A stretch of DNA of 64,000 bases, taken from contig CAVOKF010000005.1 in the NCBI GenBank assembly GCA_963696385.1, positions 1,184,001 to 1,248,000 of the forward strand. The letters are read 5' to 3'. The notes below the pieces were generated by a model. It saw only the letters and a list, made by a program, of their open reading frames with translations. It did not search any database and was not told the DNA's origin. Of this stretch, positions 9,963 to 17,598 are shown one piece after another. This DNA is from an uncultured delta proteobacterium (lineage in GTDB: Bacteria; Myxococcota_A; Polyangia; Polyangiales; Polyangiaceae). The translations under genes were made by a program, and so were the position numbers. Each line of letters opens with the position of its first letter. Within the stretch, counting starts at the first letter, position 1.

Positions 9963-11615
9963 CTACTGCAGGCAAGAGGTGCAGTTGTTGCCTGCCGCGC
10001 AGTTCAGCAGCTGGTTGGCGATACCGGACGGGTTCGCGCCCGTCGTGTCGGTGTAGTTGTTGATGATGTCGTTCGCGTCGGTCTGGGCGTAGGTGAAGCC
10101 CGCGACCTCCGGGCCCAAGCACGAGCCGTTGACGTCCGCTCCGCGTGAGGAGCAGCTGGTCGGACCGCCACCGTTGAATCCGCCCGTTCCGCAGTAGCAG
10201 TACGTGTCGCCCTGCGCGTTGGCGGCGCACTGTTGGCCGGTCGACCCGACCATGCAAGCCAGGGTATTTTCGCACGCCGTCACCGTGCTGCCGGTGACTC
10301 CGCTGCCGTTGATAAAGGTCGTGGACGACGTCGTGAGGCCCGTCGTGCCGAGGTCTTCGCACTCACGACCCTTGACGCCGTGAGCCGGATTGTCGAGGCA
10401 GGAGGCCGCGACGAGGCAGCTGAGGCAATCGCCGGTCAGGCTCGCCGTGGCGTAATCGGGCCCGTTGGCCGTTACGGCGCCCGAGGCGATGTCGAGGCTG
10501 ACGAAATCCGCTTCGGTCGTCGTGCAGACGCCGTTCGTCCGGTTCGGGCAGCTCACGCAATTCGTCTGGCCCACGGCGGTGCAGGGAACAGGCGGAGGGG
10601 CCTTGCAGACCCCGCTGGTGCAGTTGGGCGCGGTCGAGGGGCATACGTTTCCGCAGCTGCCGCAGTTGTTCACGTCGGTCGTGAAGTTGACGCAGACTGA
10701 ACCGGCATCGGTCGTACAAGCGTTCGGGGTGGGCGCGAAGCAGGCGATGCCTCCGCCGGCCTCGCAGACCACCGTGGCCGTGTACTGCTGGAAGTTACCC
10801 GGCGCCGGGGTGCAGACCTGACCGGCATCGACGCCGCCCGGGGCCGCGCCAATGAGGCCCACGGTGAGAGTAACCGACGCGCTGCCTGTGAACGAACCGC
10901 AATTGAACGTCGCGTTCGCCGAATTCGGGTTGGTGATCGTCGCGCCGGAGGCCGTCGTGCTCCATACGATCGTCTCCGTGCCGCCGCTGCCCGTCGTCGA
11001 CGCCGAGCTGAGCTGTGCGACCTCCGGGGGCAGGACTTCGGCGGGGCTGATGGCGAAAGACGAGATGCCCGGGCATACGTAGGGGCTCTGGTTCACAAGG
11101 ACGACGCTCGCGTCGACATAAAGAGAGCCGGTGTCGAGGATCGTTGCGACGGACGAATCCGCCGGGACTGTGCACGTGACGACGATGGTCGCGCTGCTGA
11201 CCGCGCCCGCCGTGACCGTGATGCCGGACGACGTGCCCGAGCACGGGTCGCCGTTGCTGTCGGATCCGCTGATCGAGAGGATATACGTGCCCGCGTTGAT
11301 CCCGCCGGCGACGAATTCGACGGATTGAGCTTCGTGGCCCGCGTCGTCCGTGATCTGCACCGTGCCCGTGTAGGGCGCCGCAGCATCGTTCGTTGAGCTC
11401 GAGATGGTCCAGCCGAGCGCATTGACGTGGACGCCGTTGCCGATCGTCAGCGTCGCGCCGATCGAGCCGACGGTGGCCTGGCCCGCAGGGCCGTTCGTGG
11501 CGCCGACGGTGTTGCCGCCCGACGTGCCCGTGCTGCCCTGTTGGCTCGAACACGCGGCGAGCGATATCGCCGCCACGGCAAGACCGGCAGCGATTGTGTT
11601 ACGAATGAGTTTCAT
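9963..11615 (-). CDS. Cys-rich lipoprotein with Ig-like N-terminal half, Stig1-like repeat and the shared Cys-rich C-terminal domain
   Basis: GGAGG RBS, lipobox LAAC, CVNFTTDVNNCGSCGNVC repeat, C-terminal domain ending CTSCLQ. Confidence 0.85.
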   Translation of the reverse strand: MKLIRNTIAAGLAVAAISLAACSSQQGSTGTSGGNTVGATNGPAGQATVGSIGATLTIGNGVHVNALGWTISSSTNDAAAPYTGTVQITDDAGHEAQSVEFVAGGINAGTYILSISGSDSNGDPCSGTSSGITVTAGAVSSATIVVTCTVPADSSVATILDTGSLYVDASVVLVNQSPYVCPGISSFAISPAEVLPPEVAQLSSASTTGSGGTETIVWSTTASGATITNPNSANATFNCGSFTGSASVTLTVGLIGAAPGGVDAGQVCTPAPGNFQQYTATVVCEAGGGIACFAPTPNACTTDAGSVCVNFTTDVNNCGSCGNVCPSTAPNCTSGVCKAPPPVPCTAVGQTNCVSCPNRTNGVCTTTEADFVSLDIASGAVTANGPDYATASLTGDCLSCLVAASCLDNPAHGVKGRECEDLGTTGLTTSSTTFINGSGVTGSTVTACENTLACMVGSTGQQCAANAQGDTYCYCGTGGFNGGGPTSCSSRGADVNGSCLGPEVAGFTYAQTDANDIINNYTDTTGANPSGIANQLLNCAAGNNCTSCLQ

Positions 11616-11700
11616 CGCGATGACCTCCAAAATGATGTTCCGTTGACATGCCCAGTCCCCCGGGGAAGGACCGGGGTCCACGTGCGTGCGCCGGCCTCTC

Positions 11701-11716
11701 TACAAGATGCGAGCCA
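11701..11716 (-). promoter_or_regulatory. Putative sigma-54 -24/-12 promoter (TGGCTCG-CATC-TTGTA)
   Basis: GG-N10-GT spacing (GT instead of canonical GC). The same CTTGTA variant occurs at 17503-17518. Lies 80 bp from the shared upstream box. Confidence 0.5.
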
Positions 11717-11795
11717 AAGGGTCCGGGATCTCGATTTCCCTTTGAACGCAGGTGGTCTAATCGCTCTCATCGGTATCGTCCAGCGAAATGGTCCT

Positions 11796-11828
11796 CCGAT
11801 TTTCGGAATCAGTCTACGATTCTCGGAG
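11796..11828. promoter_or_regulatory. Putative tandem activator-binding site CCGATTTTCGGAATCA...ACGATTCTCGGAG
   Basis: 16 bp identical to 26330-26345. Dyad CCGA-N3-TCGG with a degenerate second copy 20 bp away. Confidence 0.6.
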
Positions 11829-11928
11829 AGATTTGGCCCGCAGCGTCACGCAAGTTCACCATCTTGTCGCAATTCACGTTTCGGTCGGTGCTAGCTAAGG
11901 GCGACGGCTCGCACCCGCAGGAGGTTGA

Positions 11929-14900
11929 ATGCGACGGGGCGGAAGCTTCATAATCGGTCTCGTCGTCGCTCTCATCGCCGTCGCGAGTTGCGCACAGGAA
12001 GAGTATCCGGAGGCGTTGTGGTCGGCCCAGCATCCGGGCGCGACAGCAGCCGACGGGGGGGGCACGAGTGTCGCGGCCGCGCCCGCGGCTGGGCCGCTCG
12101 ATTGCCGCCAGGCCCAGGCGGAGTCGCTCCCCGCGCGGCTGGTCGCGATGTCGGCGAACGCGCCTCCGAGCGCCACGGTCGTTCTGGTGTCCGATCTCTA
12201 TCAGGAGTTCGTCGAAGTCTGTGGGGCGTGCCACGGCCCTTCGGTCGATCCTCCAGGCAATGGAGGATTCCAGATTATCCAGTCGACCGACTTTTCTTCC
12301 CTCATGACCGCATCGGTGCTCCAACACGTCACGAACTCGGTCTGTCCCACTGCAGAGGATCCCACCAATCCAAACGATCCCATGCCGCCCTGCGCGAGCC
12401 CGGACGGCGCAACCTATTCGCAAAGGCTGGATAGCGATCCCATCAAACAGTTTGCGGAACTGGTTGGAGAATGGTTGCAGGCCGGTAGCCCGAGCTCCTT
12501 CAGCCCCGGCGGCGATGCCGGCCCCGGCGGGGAAGCCGGTGCCGCCCAGGATGCGGGCGCCGCGAGCGCGTACGTCCTCACGCCGCAATCTGGAAACGCG
12601 ATGACCAACATCGGCAACTGCATCCCCAGTGCGGCGATGGTGGGCGTCGACGTTGAGAAAGCCACGGCGCTGGACGCGATGTTTGCAAGCCTGACTGCCC
12701 AGGCGAGCGGTTCGGCGTTGCAGGTGATCGGTCTTCCGCAGAACCTATCCGACACCGACCTATTTACTCTCGACAGCCAGGCCCTCGCCCAAGAGGGGGT
12801 TTTGGCGTACGCCCCCGGCTACCCGCTCTGGTCCGACAACGCCGGCAAATTGCGCCACGTACGGGTGCCGCACGGGCAGTCCATCCGCTTCAACAAGACG
12901 ACCCAGCAGTTCGAGATCCCGCCCAACACTCGATTTTACAAAACTTTTATGAAACAAATCATCGATACCGACGGCAGCTATCGGTACCGCAAAGTCGAGA
13001 CACGATTGATCGTCTCGCGCCCGGATCAGAACAACCCGGATGGAACCGCGGTGGCGCAGAAGGCGCTCTTCGGCAGCTACCTATGGAACGCCGACGAAAC
13101 CGAGGCAGTGCTCGTCCAAACGCCGCTGAACGATGGAGAACCGTTCGCGGACACGCTGTTGCTTTACAACACCGACGAGCCGTTGGCCGCGGACATCTTG
13201 TCCGGTCAGCCGGCCGACCCGCAAGAGCAGCTGCTCGAGAACGGGGCGGCACGTCATTACGCGATCCCATCGAGCCCGCGCTGCATCGAGTGCCACATGG
13301 GTAGCGCAAGCCAGGCCTTCGTGCTCGGCTTCACGCCGCTGCAGATCAACCGCCGGCCGGTCGGTGTCGGCGGGGTCATCGAGGCCACGGGCCCCGACGA
13401 GTTGACGCAGCTTCAGCGATTCATCGACGCCGGGATCATCACGGGCATCGATACGATCGCCGATGTTCTGCCGCTCGAGCAGTCGCAGGGCGCGCGCACG
13501 CCGCGCAACGAGTACGAGCTGACGGCTCAAGGCTACGTGCTCGGCAATTGCTCGCACTGCCACAATCCGCGCGGGTATCCCAGCGTCGAGAATCCTGTGC
13601 TGACGACCGTGCTCGATTTTCTTCCGGGGCCCAAGGGAGGCGTATTTCAGTTTCCCCTCGAGAGCTACAGCCCGCGTATCGGTCGGGGGCTCACGGGGAC
13701 GACGCCCATCCCGTACATCACGCCGTCACTCGTCGATCTCCCGAAGCTCGACCCCAATTCCGGCGGACAGGCCGCAGACTGGTTCGTCAGCGCAGGCGCG
13801 CAAGGGACGAACACGGTGGATTACGCAATCTACGCTCCTTGGCGAAGTATCATTTATCGCAACGTCGATGCGGCTTTTGCCTATACGGACGACTTCGCGC
13901 TGTTTCCGCATATGCCCATGAACACGCCGGGATACGATCCGCGCGCCAAACAGATCCTCGGCGACTGGATGGTCAGCATCCCCTCTGTGCGAAAGCAACC
14001 GGAGATTCCCGAGTACGCGTATCGGACCGACGGTTCCGCGTCGGACAACATCAACGGCCCCGTCGTGGACACGACGCCTCAACCGTATGTCGAAGTGCTT
14101 CCGGGGGCGCCGGCGTACAACAGCGCCGTCATCGCCGCGCAGCAGCGGTTGGCCATCCTTCATACGGGGGTCAACCAAGCGGTCGCGTTGGCGCCGGGCG
14201 GCGTCGTCTACTCGAAGTATGCGGATCGCGGTCAAACCGGTGACATCATCGATCCCGAGGTGACGGCGGACCCCATCTGCCACCCGATCCCCGTTGGCGA
14301 ACCGGACTTGTACTATACGCCGCTGCCCGAGCATCCGGACTGGGTGGTCACCGATCTCACCGAACCGCCCGGCGCGTGGGCGCCGAGGCAACCGAATTGG
14401 CCCCAAGTGTTGGTCGAGGGGCAGGTTCCTCCGCAGGGCACGGCGTGCACGGGACTGACCGGTGAGCAAGCCGCTTACGCCGACCAGATCGATGCCGTGC
14501 AATTGCTGCCGAGCGTCACCCTCGACCAAGTGCAAGCTTACGCGACGGCCAAACAGCCGTTCGGATTGTGGCAACAGCAGGCCTCGTGCAATTTCTCTTC
14601 GCAGCCTACGGTGAGCTCGTTCACCGGGGCCCAACGGCCGCATTGGATGGACGTCACGAATCCACCCCCGGACGCTCCCGTCTACATGGAGACACCCGGG
14701 GAGGCCATTTTCAAAATGATCTGCATCAACTGCCATGGTCCCGACGGCGCGGCGGACGGCCGAATGGCACAAAACCTCGCGACGATGACCGGTGGCAACG
14801 CGCGTGTCGCGGACTTTCGCGACGGTCTGTTTGGGCCGGTGGGTGCGGCGGAAGACATGAGCAATCGCCATGCGGTGTTCGGGATCACAGCCTTGCAAGC

Positions 14901-15762
14901 CGCCGTCCCGGACGCGTCCGCCAATTGGGTGGGAGACACGGATGCGGGGATTGCGGTGACCGACGACGATCGAGCTGCGCGGTACATGGCGTGGATGGGC
15001 CTCGGAGGCACGTCCGTGAACATCCCAGTCGCGATTCTGGAAATCGTGGCCATCACGCAGGTGCTCGACCAGGTGAGGACGCTCGCCGCTTCTTCCCTTT
15101 CGGCGAACATGCTGTCGGAGACGAAAGCGCTCTGCCTGGGCCTTTTTGGGCCCGGCTTCGCCGATGCCCAAAACGGCGAATTCTTCGACCCTACTCCGGG
15201 TCACGGGTATCTCGACGCCAAATTGACTCATTTGAACGACGCACTGATTCCTGAAAACGGCGACGCCGAGCTCTGGCTGAATCTCTGTTCGATGGCGAAT
15301 CCGGCGCCGGTTCATCTGCTTCAATTGGACCCGCACGGATTGCTCCAACTGACCGTCGCGCCGACCCAAGACTCTCAGTACGATCTCGAGATCCAGCCCC
15401 AGTCGCTTGTGGCGGCCGCCAATTACCCGGCGGGAGCTTCGGTCGGCGACGAAGGCGCGAACGTTCAGCCGAGCCTTCAACCCACGAATCTTTGGCCTTG
15501 GTGCGTCGACAACACGGCCGCCACGGCGGCTCAGTCCGAGTGGCTGCAATCGAATTCCATCCCGGTCTGTCCGGCGAGCGTCATCGCGGCGGGTCAGGGA
15601 TGTGCGGCGAACCCGACCGCGGCGTGCTTCGGCAACGACGCAGCCAATCAGTGGGCCGTTCGTGGCGCGATCAACGCCGGAATGTCCGTGTTTCTGTACC
15701 TCGAGTTCATCGAAAACTCCGGGCCGCCACCCGACTACAACCAGTGCAGTCTTCTGAACTGA
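11929..15762 (+). CDS. Large tetraheme c-type cytochrome lipoprotein with an SO2930-like diheme core
   Basis: GGAGG RBS and lipobox VASC. CxxCH motifs CGACH (12220), CIECH (13282), CSHCH (13549) and CINCH (14722). YPLWSDNAGKLR and VETRLIV motifs resemble SO2930-family cytochromes. Confidence 0.85.
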   Translation: MRRGGSFIIGLVVALIAVASCAQEEYPEALWSAQHPGATAADGGGTSVAAAPAAGPLDCRQAQAESLPARLVAMSANAPPSATVVLVSDLYQEFVEVCGACHGPSVDPPGNGGFQIIQSTDFSSLMTASVLQHVTNSVCPTAEDPTNPNDPMPPCASPDGATYSQRLDSDPIKQFAELVGEWLQAGSPSSFSPGGDAGPGGEAGAAQDAGAASAYVLTPQSGNAMTNIGNCIPSAAMVGVDVEKATALDAMFASLTAQASGSALQVIGLPQNLSDTDLFTLDSQALAQEGVLAYAPGYPLWSDNAGKLRHVRVPHGQSIRFNKTTQQFEIPPNTRFYKTFMKQIIDTDGSYRYRKVETRLIVSRPDQNNPDGTAVAQKALFGSYLWNADETEAVLVQTPLNDGEPFADTLLLYNTDEPLAADILSGQPADPQEQLLENGAARHYAIPSSPRCIECHMGSASQAFVLGFTPLQINRRPVGVGGVIEATGPDELTQLQRFIDAGIITGIDTIADVLPLEQSQGARTPRNEYELTAQGYVLGNCSHCHNPRGYPSVENPVLTTVLDFLPGPKGGVFQFPLESYSPRIGRGLTGTTPIPYITPSLVDLPKLDPNSGGQAADWFVSAGAQGTNTVDYAIYAPWRSIIYRNVDAAFAYTDDFALFPHMPMNTPGYDPRAKQILGDWMVSIPSVRKQPEIPEYAYRTDGSASDNINGPVVDTTPQPYVEVLPGAPAYNSAVIAAQQRLAILHTGVNQAVALAPGGVVYSKYADRGQTGDIIDPEVTADPICHPIPVGEPDLYYTPLPEHPDWVVTDLTEPPGAWAPRQPNWPQVLVEGQVPPQGTACTGLTGEQAAYADQIDAVQLLPSVTLDQVQAYATAKQPFGLWQQQASCNFSSQPTVSSFTGAQRPHWMDVTNPPPDAPVYMETPGEAIFKMICINCHGPDGAADGRMAQNLATMTGGNARVADFRDGLFGPVGAAEDMSNRHAVFGITALQAAVPDASANWVGDTDAGIAVTDDDRAARYMAWMGLGGTSVNIPVAILEIVAITQVLDQVRTLAASSLSANMLSETKALCLGLFGPGFADAQNGEFFDPTPGHGYLDAKLTHLNDALIPENGDAELWLNLCSMANPAPVHLLQLDPHGLLQLTVAPTQDSQYDLEIQPQSLVAAANYPAGASVGDEGANVQPSLQPTNLWPWCVDNTAATAAQSEWLQSNSIPVCPASVIAAGQGCAANPTAACFGNDAANQWAVRGAINAGMSVFLYLEFIENSGPPPDYNQCSLLN

Positions 15763-15806
15763 AGGGGCGACCTCTTCGGCCGCTCGGCGGGAGCCTGGCG
15801 CAGCGG

Positions 15807-17102
15807 GTGCTTCAGCGTGGCCTGGTGGTGCTGTGGTTGGGCATCATTCCAGCGTTATTGACGGGCCTCGTGCTGCGCTTTTTGGTGCCGTGGCGCGGAG
15901 AAGGACTGCTCGGCGTGGCGGCCATGCTCGGGCGTCAGTATTCGCCGTACTTGGCCGCAGCCCTTTTCCTGTTGTTTGGCGCTCTTGTGCGATATTGGCG
16001 TTATGACTGGCCCGGCGCGCGCTACACGCTGAATCTGCCGCCGGGCGTGGCTTCCGGCGAACGAGCGCGAGAGCGGCTGGCCGAGTGGGCGGGCGATACG
16101 GCGATTTACGAATGGCTGAGGTCGCGTAGGACGCGGCTGTACCGAACGCTCGATCGGGAAAAGAGAATCGAGGTCGAACGCCGACTCGGCGAACTGCGGG
16201 CGGGCCTGGAAACCAGGGACATCGAACGCACGCGCACGGCTCGTGCAGCCCTCGAGGCGATCGCCGCCGCCCTGTTGGTCCGGTATCGTCGACGCCGGTT
16301 TCTGACGACGGTCCTGACCGTTCCCGCGGTCGCTTTTGCGGTTCTTGCGGTTCGCGCTGGCATCGCCGAGCCGTATCGGGTGCTCAGCACGTCGATGTTG
16401 CCGACGCTCGAGCCGGGCGATCGCATCCTGGGCAATAAGCTTGCGGTTGCATGGGAGTCCGACAGGGTGCCCCGCCGCGGCGACACGGTCGTGTTTCGCG
16501 CCTCGGCCCTCTCGTTGGGGGCCGAGAGCGCCCACGTCCCCGACGTTCTCGTCAAGCGCGTCATCGGCCTACCGGGAGACCGGATCACCATGCGGGGCAG
16601 CGTGCCGGTCATCAACGATTGGCTGGTGCCGACGTGCGACGCGGGCGATTACCTGTACCTGCTCCCCGATGCATCGGGGAACGCGCTTCGCGGCCGAGTG
16701 TACGTCGAGTTTCTCGACGACCGGGCGTACCTGACCGTCCACTCCATCCAAGCCGCGTTTCCGGAGCCGTACCGGGTCAAGCCGGGCGAAGTCTTCGTGC
16801 TCGGAGACGATCGCAGCAATAGCCTCGATTCCCGCGCGTACAACGATGGGCATGGAGGCGGCGTGCCACTGCAGGCGCTGCAAGCGCGCGCCCAGTGGTT
16901 TCTCGTGGGGACGCATCGGTCCGGCGACGCCGACTGGGGACGATGGTTCGCCCCGATCGACCGGCTGCAAGCTCGATTGCGCCTCGAAGGATTGGACACG
17001 GGCATGCTGCAGTCCGGCATCCTCCGATGCCTGCAAAGTCGACCGACGCAGACGCATCCGCCCGCCCAGCCGTCCAGCGGCAGCGGCAGTCCGGGCCCAT
17101 GA
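15807..17102 (+). CDS. lepB: Signal peptidase I (S26) with extended membrane N-terminus
   Basis: Box B STSMLPTL (catalytic Ser), box D VKRVIGLPGD (Lys), box E VLGDDRSNSLDSR. Three hydrophobic segments upstream. Start uncertain (GTG 15807 chosen). Confidence 0.9.
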   Translation: MLQRGLVVLWLGIIPALLTGLVLRFLVPWRGEGLLGVAAMLGRQYSPYLAAALFLLFGALVRYWRYDWPGARYTLNLPPGVASGERARERLAEWAGDTAIYEWLRSRRTRLYRTLDREKRIEVERRLGELRAGLETRDIERTRTARAALEAIAAALLVRYRRRRFLTTVLTVPAVAFAVLAVRAGIAEPYRVLSTSMLPTLEPGDRILGNKLAVAWESDRVPRRGDTVVFRASALSLGAESAHVPDVLVKRVIGLPGDRITMRGSVPVINDWLVPTCDAGDYLYLLPDASGNALRGRVYVEFLDDRAYLTVHSIQAAFPEPYRVKPGEVFVLGDDRSNSLDSRAYNDGHGGGVPLQALQARAQWFLVGTHRSGDADWGRWFAPIDRLQARLRLEGLDTGMLQSGILRCLQSRPTQTHPPAQPSSGSGSPGP

Positions 17103-17290
17103 TCGCGCCCACGACCCGTCGGCTCATGGTGGCCTTCGCGCTGACGGCGCTCTTTGCCAGCGCCTTGGCCGCGCTTTGGGTCCTGCCCGGCAGAGAGATC
17201 GAGCCGCGCCGAAAGGCGACCTTCGAACTGGACGAGCCCGCCGCGCTCGGCGCGGCGGCGAACGCATCGGGCTCGCTTTTACGGAAATAG
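17099..17290 (+). CDS. Small single-TM protein (63 aa) coupled to lepB
   Basis: ATGA overlap with the lepB stop. One hydrophobic helix LMVAFALTALFASALAALWVL. Confidence 0.5.
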   Translation: MIAPTTRRLMVAFALTALFASALAALWVLPGREIEPRRKATFELDEPAALGAAANASGSLLRK

Positions 17291-17392
17291 GTGATTTCCA
17301 ACGAATTGCCCATACCAATGGGAATGTCCGTAGAAACGAACATCATTTCCTGTTTGACGATGATCGGCCGGAGCGAAGTCGGAAGTTATTTT

Positions 17393-17403
17393 CCGGGAAT
17401 CGG
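17393..17403. promoter_or_regulatory. Putative activator-binding site CCGGGAATCGG (reverse-complement variant of the shared box)
   Basis: TTCCGGGAATCGG versus TTCCGAAAATCGG (reverse complement of the 11796/26330 box), in the same orientation relative to the downstream gene. Confidence 0.45.
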
Positions 17404-17502
17404 AGGCTTGGGTCGTCGAGCACTCGCGGCAAAGTGCTTCTGGTTTCCGTTATCATCAATGCAATTGACTAGTTACGCGATCCGGTCGGGCGAGCGGATC
17501 CG

Positions 17503-17518
17503 TGGTCCGGTCCTTGTA
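17503..17518 (+). promoter_or_regulatory. Putative sigma-54 -24/-12 promoter (TGGTCCG-GTCC-TTGTA)
   Basis: GG-N10-GT, ~80 bp upstream of ATG 17599 and ~100 bp downstream of the shared box. Confidence 0.5.
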
Positions 17519-17598
17519 GGGGGACTGTGCGCCGTTTGCGCGGCTGTCGATGGTCGTGCGCGGGCGTGCGGCACTTGAATCAACCGGAGGTTTCCGAA

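Noticed and set aside
13726..15549. Long antisense ORF (607 aa) and similar long shadows such as 61734-63518 and 41049-43076
   Set aside because: Arg-rich, motif-free shadow or alternative-frame ORFs expected in high-GC DNA that overlap well-supported genes.
15492..15806. Upstream extension of the lepB ORF given in the ORF track
   Set aside because: It overlaps the cytochrome 3' end by 270 nt with non-protein-like sequence, so a later start is more plausible.
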